DNA of 63,111 nt, counting the filler, from Anaerolineae bacterium (GTDB lineage Bacteria; Chloroflexota; Anaerolineae; Epilineales; Epilineaceae): assembly GCA_029262755.1 (NCBI GenBank). It is 7 parts of 7 records of this genome, joined end to end, with 100 filler letters (N's around TTAATTAATTAA, not from the genome) between each part and the next. Parts side by side here need not be neighbours in the genome. Positions count along the whole stretch, not along the records: positions 48,401 to 55,578 come from JAJCYU010000059.1; positions 55,679 to 59,694 come from JAJCYU010000067.1; positions 59,795 to 63,111 come from JAJCYU010000068.1; 4 more parts are not named here. One strand, 5' to 3'. The notes under the pieces are model-generated. The model made no database searches. It was not told where the DNA came from and saw nothing but the letters and a program-made list of their open reading frames with translations. This document shows positions 48,812 through 63,111 of the stretch, in pieces. Positions within the stretch are counted from its first letter, which is position 1. Each line of letters starts with the position of its first letter. The position numbers were made by a program, and so were the translations under genes.

Positions 48812-49957
48812 ATGGATGAGCCAAAGCCCGAAGGCGGATCGCCGGCACCGCCCGTCGATGGCGTCGCATCGAAAGAGCGTGCTGAAATGGCCGGTCGAGA
48901 AGTGGGGCCCGTCCGAGAGGTCTCACGGTCCGGGACCACGTACAACGGTGGGCGGCTGAATTCTCAATCGCCATCGTCTTCGATCGCGACCGAGCAGCGT
49001 GGGGCCCGGATCATCGTAGCGGTGTGTCCGGTTTGTGGAGCGGGGGAGCATACGGCCTTGCACGCTGCGGTGGACCGGTGGATGGGAGGGCCGGGCGCAT
49101 TCGCGTACGCACGCTGCATGGCGTGTGGCCTCACGTACCTGCGAACGCGACCCGCCACGGATGCCTTCGGTCCGTACTATCCGTCAAACTACGTGCACCA
49201 TGGCCGATCACCGGCCTGGTTGCGTCGACGATTCCAACGACATGATCTTGCGCCGAAGGTGGCCCTCGTGCGTTCGCTCGTCCCCCCTGGAACCGGAACC
49301 CGGCTCTTGGACGTAGGCTGCGCGGACGGCGCATTTCTCGACGCGGTGCGATCCGCCGGCATCGTGCCGGCCGGCGTGGAACCGGTATCGTGGGCCGTCG
49401 CGCAGGCTTCAGCGCGCGGGCTGCCCATTTGGCATGGCGCGATCGGCGACGTTGCGTTGCCGCCCCGCTCGTTTGAGATCGCAACGCTCTGGGACGTGAT
49501 CGAGCACTTGGATGATCCCGTTCGCGGCCTCCGTGCGGTGTCCGACGCGCTGGCGACTGGGGGCCGGTTGCTGATCAGCACGCCGGTGTTGGATGGCTGG
49601 GAGGCGCACCTCTGGGGCGAGGCGTGGCCGGGCTGGGATACGCCGCGCCACCTTCAGGTCTATTCTCGTGCCACTCTGGCAGATACCTTGGATCGTGCGG
49701 GCTTCCGGGTCGAGAGTTGGCATTGGGTGCAAGAAGGTTGGTTGATCCATGCGCTTGCGATGACGCTGGCGGCCCGCGAGCGCTTGCCGGCGCCCCTGGC
49801 CCGCGTCGTGCGCGCCTTGCTGCACATGAGGCCACTACGGGAGCTGCTGCGGCCGCTACTCCGCGCGCTTGACCGTCGATTGGGCGGCTGTGCGATCACC
49901 GTCGTCGCGTCGAAGCTTCACGCCGACCACAAAGGGGGCGCATCGTGCGCGTCATAG
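48812..49957 (+). CDS. Class I SAM methyltransferase with N-terminal Cys4 zinc motif
   Basis: CPVC...CMAC, LLDVGCADG, WDVIEHLDDP, PRHL. Start uncertain. Confidence 0.85.
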   Translation: MDEPKPEGGSPAPPVDGVASKERAEMAGREVGPVREVSRSGTTYNGGRLNSQSPSSSIATEQRGARIIVAVCPVCGAGEHTALHAAVDRWMGGPGAFAYARCMACGLTYLRTRPATDAFGPYYPSNYVHHGRSPAWLRRRFQRHDLAPKVALVRSLVPPGTGTRLLDVGCADGAFLDAVRSAGIVPAGVEPVSWAVAQASARGLPIWHGAIGDVALPPRSFEIATLWDVIEHLDDPVRGLRAVSDALATGGRLLISTPVLDGWEAHLWGEAWPGWDTPRHLQVYSRATLADTLDRAGFRVESWHWVQEGWLIHALAMTLAARERLPAPLARVVRALLHMRPLRELLRPLLRALDRRLGGCAITVVASKLHADHKGGASCAS

Positions 49958-50631
49958 CCGGTTCGGCGCGTGGCCGGCGTCTCGCCGGCGTGCCGGGCGA
50001 TACGACTCGACCGATTACGGATCGTGCCAAGGAGGCCCTCTTCTCGATCCTTGGACCTTGGATCGAAGATGCACGGGTGCTCGATGTCTTTGGCGGCACG
50101 GGAGCAGTGGGCATCGAGGCCCTGAGCCGCGGCGCACGCGAATGCGTGTTCCTGGATCTTGCGCCCGCGGCGATACGCACGATGCGCGCCAACCTGGAAG
50201 TCACGAAGTTGGCGCGGAGTGGGACCGTGCTGCGCCAGGATGCCCTTCGCTGGCTTCAGCGAGGCCCGCGCGAGGGACAATCCTACGATCTGATCTACGT
50301 GGCGCCGCCGCAGTGGAAGGGCATGTGGCGGACGACGTTGGAGGCATTGCACGAGCATGACGAATGGTTGGCGCCCGGCGGATTGATCGTGGTGCAGGTT
50401 GATCCCAAGGAGGACGGTCCCCTACCCGGGGTCCGATGGGAAGAAACCGATCGTCGGACCTATGGCGGTGTGCTCCTGCGATTCCTCGAGCGGGCGGCCG
50501 ATACGCCGCTGGCGAGTGATGAGGGGAAAGGAGCGGCTGCAGCGCAACCCGCACCCACAGCCTCACCCGAACCCAGTGCCTCGCCCGAACCCACATCTTC
50601 CGAAAGACACAGCCACGGTCCTTCGACGTGA
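49945..50631 (+). CDS. rsmD: 16S rRNA m2G966 methyltransferase
   Basis: MRVIAGSARGRRL, TRPITDRAKEALF, LDVFGGTGAVGIEALSRGA, RTYG. Confidence 0.92.
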   Translation: MRVIAGSARGRRLAGVPGDTTRPITDRAKEALFSILGPWIEDARVLDVFGGTGAVGIEALSRGARECVFLDLAPAAIRTMRANLEVTKLARSGTVLRQDALRWLQRGPREGQSYDLIYVAPPQWKGMWRTTLEALHEHDEWLAPGGLIVVQVDPKEDGPLPGVRWEETDRRTYGGVLLRFLERAADTPLASDEGKGAAAAQPAPTASPEPSASPEPTSSERHSHGPST

Positions 50632-51422
50632 TGGTCCAGCGATCCGATCCAGCATGGAAACGACGCGACGCCCTGCACCATGACCGCGAGGCGCCGCAGT
50701 ATGACGCCCTCATCGGCCGTGAATTTGAGGTCTACCAGGCGAACCATACGGCCGAACCATGGGCGCGCCGGCTCGCTGAAGACGGCGCCAGCGTCGTGTT
50801 GGACGTCGGCTGCGGCACGGGGCGGACCAGCGTGCCCGTCGCCGCCGCCGGCCCAGCGGTGATCGCAACGGAAATGTCTCGCGGGATGCTGGTGGACGCG
50901 CGGCGCACGGCCGCGCTGGCCGGGTTGGCCGAACGAATCTGGCCGGTGATCGCGGACGCGGAGAAGCTGCCCTTTCGCGACGATTGTGTGGACGGCATCG
51001 TGTGCCAAGGCGTGCTCCACCATCTCCCAGATGTGGACATCGCCGTGGGCGAGATGGATCGAGTGGCGCGAGCCGGGTCGTGGATCTGTCTCGCCGAACC
51101 GAATGCGGAGGCCAGCCTCGTGTACCGGGCGGTCCGCTGCGCGACACGCGTGGCCGGCAGCCTCCTGTTTCCGCTGCGCCGATTTCATTCGCCGGCCACC
51201 GACGACGAGCGCCCCCTGTCGCCGGATCAGCTCCTGCAACCGCTGCACGCGCGCAACTACCGCGTGGAAGCTACTTACTTGCGCCATCCACCCCAGATCT
51301 ACAGGCTCCTTCCCCCCGTGGCCTCGCGGTGGATCATGCGTGCTCTCAATCACGGTCCGTGTTCTGAGCGTCGGCCCGCCGATATCCTGATCGTACGAGC
51401 GCGACGAGCACCAGACGGTTGA
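50628..51422 (+). CDS. Class I SAM methyltransferase
   Basis: VLDVGCGTG, DAEKLPF.D, VLHHLPD, EPN. Confidence 0.85.
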   Translation: MMVQRSDPAWKRRDALHHDREAPQYDALIGREFEVYQANHTAEPWARRLAEDGASVVLDVGCGTGRTSVPVAAAGPAVIATEMSRGMLVDARRTAALAGLAERIWPVIADAEKLPFRDDCVDGIVCQGVLHHLPDVDIAVGEMDRVARAGSWICLAEPNAEASLVYRAVRCATRVAGSLLFPLRRFHSPATDDERPLSPDQLLQPLHARNYRVEATYLRHPPQIYRLLPPVASRWIMRALNHGPCSERRPADILIVRARRAPDG

Positions 51423-52642
51423 GCGCGGACTTCCAGCCAGGGCTGAGGTCAGCGCGCCCGATCGGCGCTCCGGTGCGGTGGCACCGCTTGGCGGCACCGA
51501 CCTGGCAGGCGTGCTTGCTCGTGTTGTTGATAAGCAGCAGGCCGAACGCGATACCCGACGCGGCTGCCCAGGGCGTCGGTGCCGTGAACCTTGTGTCCTT
51601 GCTCACGCGGGTGATCGAGGCCGAGATCGTGGATGATGGGTCGGTGCGGGTTGTGGAGCGGTGGACGGTCTCGTTCGCGGGCGGTCCGCATTCCCTCTTG
51701 GCTGCCCGAATCCCATTGCCCACCGGCACGGAAGCACGTGTATTGGACGTCGGCGAGCCCAACCGGCCGTATGCGGCGGGTGCGTTGAGCCAACATGGCT
51801 TCGTGACGGAGCGCTCGAAGGACGCGCTGGCGATACGGTGGGCCTTTCCCCCCGTATTCGACGACAGCCGCACGTTCATCGTGGACTACGTCTTGACGGG
51901 TGCGCTCGCGTTCGGGGCGGAGGAGGATACGTGGCAATGGACGCCCGTTGCGGAGGGCGGGCCGGCGATCGGTCTCTTGATCATCACGATCGTGCCGCCG
52001 CCGACCGTGCCGGCCTTGGGCAGTGTGGACGCACAGCACATCACGGTTGACGGCAATGCCTCGCCTTTGCCCGTTGTAAGCCGAGAACAAGACGGCTCGC
52101 GCCTCCGCGTGCGGGAATTGGGGGAGGGTGAGTCCGTCCAACTTCACGTTCGGTGGCCGGCCCATCTGATCACACGCCCCCTGCAAGCGACCTCCGATCG
52201 GCGCTCGTCGAATGCTGCAAACGGCCGTGCACGGTCCGGGCCGGGTGGGTTGAATCGTTCGTTGGGTCTGGCGTCAGCGCTTCGTCGCGTCGATGCACCG
52301 ACCCGTCTTGGCCTCAACCTCCTCGTGTTGATGATGTCTGCGTTGATCACGCTGGGCTTGGCGCTTGGCGCCACGCGCTCAGGGCTTGCGCGACCGCTGT
52401 CGTCGGACGAAGTGGCTGTGGGAGAGTTCGGCCGCTCCATGCGCATCGATGCCCCGCGGGGGCCGTTCGCCGGATGGTCGCACGGTGCACGCATCGCGCT
52501 TCTCGTGGCGATGTTCGTGGCGGTTGGGCTCGCCGCCCTTGCGCTCGTGGCCGCCGGCCTGTGGGCCTCCATATACCTCGCCGTGCTGATATTGGTGATC
52601 GTATGGCTCGCACTGCGCGCAGGCGCGGGCAGTGGCTCGTGA
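51419..52642 (+). CDS. DUF2207-like membrane protein
   Basis: I..DGSVRVVERW.VSF, RTF.VDY.L.GA N-terminal domain and C-terminal TM helices. Confidence 0.6.
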   Translation: MSADFQPGLRSARPIGAPVRWHRLAAPTWQACLLVLLISSRPNAIPDAAAQGVGAVNLVSLLTRVIEAEIVDDGSVRVVERWTVSFAGGPHSLLAARIPLPTGTEARVLDVGEPNRPYAAGALSQHGFVTERSKDALAIRWAFPPVFDDSRTFIVDYVLTGALAFGAEEDTWQWTPVAEGGPAIGLLIITIVPPPTVPALGSVDAQHITVDGNASPLPVVSREQDGSRLRVRELGEGESVQLHVRWPAHLITRPLQATSDRRSSNAANGRARSGPGGLNRSLGLASALRRVDAPTRLGLNLLVLMMSALITLGLALGATRSGLARPLSSDEVAVGEFGRSMRIDAPRGPFAGWSHGARIALLVAMFVAVGLAALALVAAGLWASIYLAVLILVIVWLALRAGAGSGS

Positions 52643-52724
52643 TCCGTTGGCCGACCCTAGGCCCTACGCTACCATTGCGCGCCATGTGTGAGCAGACCCT
52701 CAGGACTCCCATTTACGCTCTGGA

Positions 52725-54206
52725 ATGCCCCCGATGAGCACGACGCGAAGCCCGTTGCGACGGTGTCCGGCGTGCGGCTCTCGACTGCGCGGTCGGGGCG
52801 CCCGGTGCACGGTCTGTGGCGCGAGCGTGCCATGGCATCTCGCGCCCGGGCGTGTCGTGTGGGGTAGCGCCTCGTTCGTTGCCGCCGCGTTGGTGTTGAT
52901 CGGTGGTCTCTTGTGGTGGCGCGGAGCGGATCGAGGCATACGACCGGTCGATCAGGCCGCGGTGGCCGGCGTGTTGGACGCGGCCCCGACGGCGCCGCCT
53001 ACGGCGTCGCCCGCGCCGGCAGCATCGGCGACACGCCCGCCGAACAGCCCGTTCCCACCGACCGCGACGCCCCTCCCTGCGATGATCGACTACGTCGTGC
53101 AGAGCGGGGATACGATGTTCGCCATCGCGTTCAAGTACAACGTCACGCTGGACGATATCCTCGGCGCAAACGAGGGCACGCTGCGCGACGTGAACAGCCT
53201 CTCGCTCGGACAGGTGCTGCGGATTCCCCTTCGCGGTATCGACGGAGAGCCGGCCGCCGAACCGGCCGCGGATGCGGGAGCAGAGGCGGGAGACGCCACG
53301 GAGTCCTCGCGCGCTCAAGTAGACGCATCGACGGGTGAAGCCGAAGGAGACGTAGCGCAAGCCGAGGTCGCCGATGTGCCTCCCGTCCCGGCGGAGCCGG
53401 ATGCTACGCCGTTGCCGGCCGGCGAGCCGATCGTCGTTGAGGAGGCACTGACCTACGCGGTCGATCGCGGTGATACGCTGGGACGTATCGCGGCGGAATA
53501 CGGGGTCACGGTCGAAGAGCTTGTGCGCAACAACGAGCTGGACGGTCCCGCTGCGCTATTGTCGGTCGGACAGACCATCGTCGTCGCTCCGGCTGTGGTC
53601 GTAACAACCACGCCTGCGCCCACGGCGCCGCCCACACCTTGGGTCTTCTCCAGTCTCGACGAAGGCGGTGTCGGTGCTTCGTTGCCTTCCGAGGACGGTT
53701 TGATCCCCGACGTGTTTCCAGCACCGCTACCGCTTGCCCCACAGGACGGGCGTCGGCGTGTCGACGACGTCCTCGCGTTGCGATGGGCCTCTTCGGGTGC
53801 GCTGCCATTGGGAGCGTTCTACGTCGTCGCATGGCGGGACGCGGCCGATCCGGAGAGTGAGATCCACACGTTGTGGCAACGCAACGGCGGCAACGCGCTG
53901 CGGCTGCCCGCGCGGCTGCGGCCGGCGCGGGGAACAGAACGGACGATCGATTGGTCGGTCAGCGTCCGCCGCGAGCGAAGTGGCTTGCTTGGCGACGACG
54001 CGGGGGTGCTGCTGAGCGAGCCTCCAACGTGGTGGCGCTTCACGTGGGCTCCGGGCGCGGTAGCCGAAATCACAACGCCGACGGTGGAAGGCGGGCCGAA
54101 TGCCGTCCCCACTCAGCCCGGGGGATCGCAGAGCCCGCCCTCGGCCGGCGACGTGGATCAAGATCAATCTTCAGAGATCGGCGGGTCGCCGACACCATCA
54201 CCGTAG
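52725..54206 (+). CDS. Membrane-anchored protein with zinc ribbon and two LysM domains
   Basis: CPAC/CTVC, one TM helix, YVVQSGDTMFAIA...LSLGQVLRIP and YAVDRGDTLGRIA...LSVGQ. Confidence 0.88.
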   Translation: MPPMSTTRSPLRRCPACGSRLRGRGARCTVCGASVPWHLAPGRVVWGSASFVAAALVLIGGLLWWRGADRGIRPVDQAAVAGVLDAAPTAPPTASPAPAASATRPPNSPFPPTATPLPAMIDYVVQSGDTMFAIAFKYNVTLDDILGANEGTLRDVNSLSLGQVLRIPLRGIDGEPAAEPAADAGAEAGDATESSRAQVDASTGEAEGDVAQAEVADVPPVPAEPDATPLPAGEPIVVEEALTYAVDRGDTLGRIAAEYGVTVEELVRNNELDGPAALLSVGQTIVVAPAVVVTTTPAPTAPPTPWVFSSLDEGGVGASLPSEDGLIPDVFPAPLPLAPQDGRRRVDDVLALRWASSGALPLGAFYVVAWRDAADPESEIHTLWQRNGGNALRLPARLRPARGTERTIDWSVSVRRERSGLLGDDAGVLLSEPPTWWRFTWAPGAVAEITTPTVEGGPNAVPTQPGGSQSPPSAGDVDQDQSSEIGGSPTPSP

Positions 54207-54301
54207 CGTCGTCGTTGCGACGTGGATGGAACAGACGACGCACCGGTACCATCGCCGGTGCCCGCGCGCTCGGATGCGAAGGGCGACATGGCGTGGGCGT
54301 A

Positions 54302-54408
54302 GGGTGACGGGCGGACGGAGTGTGACGGAGGGCGCAGCGTGACGGGCGGACGCAACGTGTGTGGCGCACGCAGCGTATCGGGCGCATGAAACGTGTGTGG
54401 CGCATGGT
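54302..54408. repeat. Degenerate ~18-bp tandem repeat (6 units) between convergent genes
   Basis: Units include GCGTGACGGGCGGACGCA, ACGTGTGTGGCGCACGCA and ACGTGTGTGGCGCATGGT. Confidence 0.6.
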
Positions 54409-54424
54409 AGCCGCAGCTCTGCCG

Positions 54425-54919
54425 CTACCGGGCGGTCTCGTCCGCGGGTGCGCTATCGGCCGGTGAGGAGCCGGTTGGTGTACTGCGACCCATGAGGCGA
54501 CGCAGGCGATCGAGCAGGCCCTCGCGTCGTGCGGGAACCGGAGCGTCGTCCTCGACTTCGGGAACGACGACAATGGTGCGATCTCCAGCGCGGGACAACT
54601 CGCGTTCCTCGCGCGCCCATTGTTCGACGAACGCATCCGTCTCGCTACGGGCAGCTTCGGTCTCGAGCGCGACAACCTCGTTGCGCAACGCGGCAACATC
54701 GGCCGACAGGCCGGATTCGGCCAGCGCGGCGCGTTGTAGGCTTACCACGAGGCCGGCGACCCTGGCGACGTAGAGGCCGAGCAAGGCGAGCAGCACGACA
54801 CCAAGTAGGCGGGTGACGGCGGGATGAGCGCGACCATTCGCATCCGGCCGCCGCTCCACACGGGGGTCGGGAGCAGCTTCGGGAACTGCGGATCGGGCGC
54901 CGGCCGGCCGGGGGCTCAT
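54425..54919 (-). CDS. Septum formation initiator (FtsB/DivIC-like)
   Basis: Single TM helix, coiled coil, FVEQWAREERELSRAGD (a match to the E..AR..L....GE pattern). Confidence 0.7.
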   Translation of the reverse strand: MSPRPAGARSAVPEAAPDPRVERRPDANGRAHPAVTRLLGVVLLALLGLYVARVAGLVVSLQRAALAESGLSADVAALRNEVVALETEAARSETDAFVEQWAREERELSRAGDRTIVVVPEVEDDAPVPARREGLLDRLRRLMGRSTPTGSSPADSAPADETAR

Positions 54920-55578
54920 CGTGATCCGTCACCGAGGAAGATGCGCTCGGTGCGCAGGAACCAGCCGGCAACCGTCGCGAATCGATCGGCGGGGCGCGCC
55001 ATTACGCGCGGCAGCTGGACGCCGCCCAGCGCCGGATCGACGCTCACGTAGGTATAGACGGGATGGTAGAGCAACAAGGCGGGATGTTCGCGCCGGAATA
55101 CGTCCTCGAGCTCGGCGTAGAGCAACCGTCGCGTTGCCGCATCGTCCGGAGGCGTGCTGCGCAGGGCTTCCAAGGCGGCGTCGGTCTCCGGATGACTCCA
55201 GGCCGCGAAGTTCTGCCCAGAGCGTGCTTGGGAGGAGTGCCATAGCGGATACGGATCCGGCGTATGACCGAAGCGGGCCGCCACGCCGTACAACGCGGCG
55301 TCGTAGGCGCGATCGGTCAGGGCCCGCACCATGTTGGGTTGGCTCTGTAGACGAAGCTCCACCTCGACGCCGATAGCCGACCAGTCCTGGCGCACTCGCT
55401 CGCCGATCCGCCGACTGAGCGGCTCGTTGTAGGCCTCCAGCACAAAGCGCAAAGGGCGACCGTCGCGATCGCGAACGCCGTCGCCGTCGCTGTCGATCCA
55501 GCCTGCTTCTTCAAGCAGCGTACTTGCCCCGACCGGATCGTGGTCCCCGTAGCGCGGCGCCTCTTCACGACCACCGGT
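54916..55578 (-). CDS. Peptide/nickel ABC transporter substrate-binding protein (family 5), C-terminal fragment
   Basis: LLEEAGW.D.DGDGVRD.DG, W.AIGVEV, PDPYPLWHSSQ...NF. Confidence 0.85.
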   Translation of the reverse strand, partial: TGGREEAPRYGDHDPVGASTLLEEAGWIDSDGDGVRDRDGRPLRFVLEAYNEPLSRRIGERVRQDWSAIGVEVELRLQSQPNMVRALTDRAYDAALYGVAARFGHTPDPYPLWHSSQARSGQNFAAWSHPETDAALEALRSTPPDDAATRRLLYAELEDVFRREHPALLLYHPVYTYVSVDPALGGVQLPRVMARPADRFATVAGWFLRTERIFLGDGSR

Positions 55579-55678
55579 NNNNNNNNNNNNNNNNNNNNNN
55601 NNNNNNNNNNNNNNNNNNNNNNTTAATTAATTAANNNNNNNNNNNNNNNNNNNNNNNNNNNNNNNNNNNNNNNNNNNN
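55579..55678. other. Artificial contig linker
   Basis: N44-TTAATTAATTAA-N44. Confidence 0.98.
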
Positions 55679-55826
55679 CGAGTTGGCGGCCCTGAAGGCT
55701 GCCCTCGCCCAGTTCTATGCGGATGTCCTCGCCGCTTGATCCCGCGCAGGCACGTCTCGCGTCGCCGCACCGATCGCGACGTCGTGCTTTGAAGTCGAAG
55801 CCGCCGCATCCCCACTGGAGAACCCC

Positions 55827-58421
<2,595 letters not shown>

Positions 58422-58633
58422 GTTGCGGCCGCCCACGCCAAACTCGATCCACGTCCCCGGTCTTGTGAGCGGGCAGCAGGCGAATCGCTGCCGGTTCCGA
58501 CAGGTCCAATCGGCCGAAGCGCCGGTTCCGGTCCTTGCGTGGCGGGATATACTGGCCAGACGGCTGTGATCGCCCTGCCCGAAGCAAACCATCACGGCCG
58601 CTACTGGATGCCCCGAATCACAAGGAGGAAGAC

Positions 58634-59694
58634 GTGGAAAATGTAGCCATGCCGTCTTGGTTCCCCGATGCGGCCCAATTGACGGATCTAGCGATCGCGA
58701 TTGGGATCTTGGTGGTCGGCTGGATTGTCGCCAAGGTGCTGGCGGCCGTCATCAGCCGCGTCGTTCGCACGCTCAACGTTGACCGCTGGATCGAAGGCGC
58801 CGTCGGCGACACAGGCTTTAGTATCGAGCGACTCGCCGGCAGCGTCGTGTTCTACCTGGCGATGTTGTGGGTGCTGGTCGAGTTCTTCCGTCGCTTGCGG
58901 CTCCCAGGCCTAAGCGATCCGCTGAATGACCTCGTCCAAGAAGTGCTGAACTTCTTGCCGCAGGTCGGCGGCGCATTGCTGTTGTTGGTCATAGCGTGGA
59001 TTATCGCCACGATCGTTCGCGGCCTCGTCACCCGCTTCGCCGCCATGACCGATCTCGACAAGCGCCTCGCGGATGTGGAGGGGGCCAATGTTGCGGCCGT
59101 CGATGACAGTGTCGAGGATCCCGAACGTGTCGTATCCGAGCAGCCGCTCTCTCTGTCCAAGTCGCTTGGTAGCGCGGCGTACTACCTTGTGTTCCTCTTC
59201 TTCCTTCCGGGCATTCTCGGCGTGCTTGAGCTCGACGAGATGGCGGGAGATGTGGGAGATGAAGTAGGCAAGTTGCTGGGCTACTTGCCAAACATCCTGG
59301 CCGCGCTGTTGCTCTTCGGCGTTGGGTACTTTGCCGCGCGCATCGTGCGGCGCATCGTCGTGAACTTGCTTACGGTCGCCGGCGCGGATGAGTTTGGAGA
59401 ACGAATCGGCTTCACCGACGGGATGCGCTTGTCGCGCCTGGTCGGGACGTTGGTCTATGCCTTCATCCTGATTCCCGTCGCCATCCAGGCCCTCAAGGCC
59501 TTGGAGATCGATGCGATCTCCGCGCCTGCGACGAACATGCTCGAGACGATCTTCGGTGCGATTCCCGGCATTTTCGGGGCGGCCTTGGTACTGGTCTTCT
59601 CCTGGATCATCGGCCGCTGGGTATCCGGGCTCGTCACGAGCCTGCTGCAGGGCGTCGGCTTTGATCGTGTCACGGACATGATGGGCCTGCGTGA
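58634..59694 (+). CDS. TM-helix repeat protein (MscS-associated/CmpX-like), 3' partial
   Basis: AAGGAGG RBS; repeats (F/Y)LP.....LLL....W..A.IVR.LV, three or more times. Confidence 0.75.
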
Positions 59695-59794
59695 NNNNNN
59701 NNNNNNNNNNNNNNNNNNNNNNNNNNNNNNNNNNNNNNTTAATTAATTAANNNNNNNNNNNNNNNNNNNNNNNNNNNNNNNNNNNNNNNNNNNN
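59695..59794. other. Artificial contig linker
   Basis: N44-TTAATTAATTAA-N44. Confidence 0.98.
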
Positions 59795-61169
59795 GCCGAT
59801 CCGGACCGACGGCGAGGTCGATGGCCTCTGCGTTCAACGTCGCGAGGGGGAGACCGTCGACCACGCTTCCCTCGCCGGCAAGATCGACCGGCTGCGCGCT
59901 ATCGGGGACGGCCACCAGCCGTGCCTCACGCGCGTCGAGGACCACCGTTCGGTTGCCGGCCGGGTCCGCGTCCAGCGCCATGACGCGGCTCTGCGCGGCG
60001 TGCTTGCGGCGCGGATCCCAGGCCGGCGGCCGGGGGCCGAAGTCGAGCGAGAACGAAGGCGCGCGCGGTGGCGCAAAGTCGCTCGCGTGCACGGAGGCGC
60101 GCGCGCCATCGCCGGTCCATGCGACGCGCCCTTCCACCGGCTCCACCGCCAGCGCGAGCGGCAGCTGCGCATCGCGCGGAGCAGCCGGAGGCAGCGTGAC
60201 GAGCGTGCCGCGGGAATGTGCGTCGACGTAGCTCAGCCGCCCATCGAATTGCACGACGAGCGGTGTAGCACCGCCGTGTGCGCCCGTCGGGACCACCAAC
60301 ACCCAGATCAGATAGCCGCCGCCCTGCCCATCGGCCGCCAGCTCCGCGTACGCCACGTCCACCGGCACCGGCTCCCCTTCGGCGAACACGTATCGCGCCG
60401 CAACCACACCGTCCGCCCCGTGAATGCTCACCGAACGCGCCTCGGGCTGGACGACCACCAGCCGGCCACCCGGCATCGCCGCGATACGCAGCGGCACCAC
60501 ACGGTCGGTGCGCACCGGCGACGTCCGCGGTATCGCGGCAGCGGGCAGCGCGGGGTCCACGGGCAGATCGACGGCGAGCAAGCCGAGGTTGAAGCGCACG
60601 AAGACGGTGCCGTCCTCCGGCGCCACGGTGATGTCGAGCGAAGGCGCCTGATCCAACGGCGCTTCGACCAGCGTGTCGAAGTCCTCGACGCGCAGGACCT
60701 GCCCATCGAAGCCAAAGACCTCGATCGCCTTGCGCGTCACCTCCCGCACGCGTGTCCCCTCGCCCTCCGGCACGAGCGCGTAGCTCAGCACGACCACCCT
60801 CGCCCGTGGTATGTCGACGGCCAACGCTACCGGCGGCAAGGTCGTCGCCCACGTGGCCACCACATCGCCCGACGCATCCAGCACGAGCACCTGCGGATTG
60901 CGCCCATCCGCGACAAGCCAACGCCCGTCGGGAAGCGCGCCGACGTCGACGGGCAACGTGGGCGGCGCGGGCAACGGGAGCACGCCGCGATGCGTCCACG
61001 GTGCGGCCTGGGCGGGGGCGGCGGCGGGTGCGGCGGGGGCGGCAGATGAGGCGGCGGCGAACGTGGCCGATGGGCCGTGATCGGCCGTCGCGGAGGCGCC
61101 CGCCCAGCCGATCGCCAGGATCAGGCAGGCCGGCGGCACAACCGCGATCCAAGGAACTCTCGGCCTCAT
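59795..61169 (-). CDS. Secreted NHL/beta-propeller-like protein, 3' partial
   Basis: Signal peptide; PVDVGALPDGRWLVAD..N.QV.V, PVALAVD, DITVAPEDG, DLAVGPD blade motifs. Confidence 0.6.
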
Positions 61170-61383
61170 GCGCACAGGTCCATGCCTCGATGATACTCGC
61201 GGATGGCGCATAGTCTGGAGAAACGCGCGGCTGAGCCCCAACATCACCTCGATTGTGCCGAAAGGAGCGGGCCTTGTCGGCCGTATCCTGCGTTTCGCAC
61301 CCCACGTTAGAATGGGACGATTGGCGACGGGCGCCCGGTTGGGCCGACGACGCTAGCCTAGGTCCCTTCCGATGGAGCCCGAC

Positions 61384-63111
<1,728 letters not shown>

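Overview
This is high-GC bacterial DNA. It is not one locus: seven contigs are joined by six 100-bp artificial linkers (N44-TTAATTAATTAA-N44), so adjacency across a linker means nothing. Gene style (Thr/Pro-rich linkers, LVIVD and DUF11 surface proteins, RsmD with APPQ, PrmC with NLPY) suggests a Chloroflexota MAG; this is inference. Contig 1 (1-13615) has a tandem hairpin MITE-like element, two LVIVD-repeat secreted paralogs, a ring-cleaving dioxygenase, a GNAT, a methyltransferase, a CSLREA/beta-helix protein, a CBS protein and an S-layer-like repeat protein. Contig 2 has prfA-prmC-GT4-GT9-hldE(I)-hldE(II)-murJ converging on HNH-coaX-coaBC-GH18-like/SH3, plus tRNA-Leu(CAA). Contig 3 holds one ~2960-aa surface protein: a duplicated ~700-aa unknown domain, 8 DUF11 repeats, FN3, a dockerin and a cohesin. 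Contig 4 has two secreted S9 peptidases plus CopB and CopA. Contig 5 has methyltransferases, rsmD, a DUF2207 protein, a LysM protein and an FtsB-like protein. Contig 6 has an atypical Clp ATPase and a TM-helix repeat protein. Contig 7 has a secreted beta-propeller fragment and a UvrA-like gene. The best candidate for an undescribed system is a cell-surface display architecture. Four secreted proteins from three unrelated families end in a hydrophobic-hydrophobic-L-P-(W/A) tag, three of them after a Thr/Pro linker. The tag resembles the first strand of every repeat of the S-layer-like protein. The giant dockerin+cohesin protein may belong to the same surface layer. These are hypotheses from sequence inspection only.
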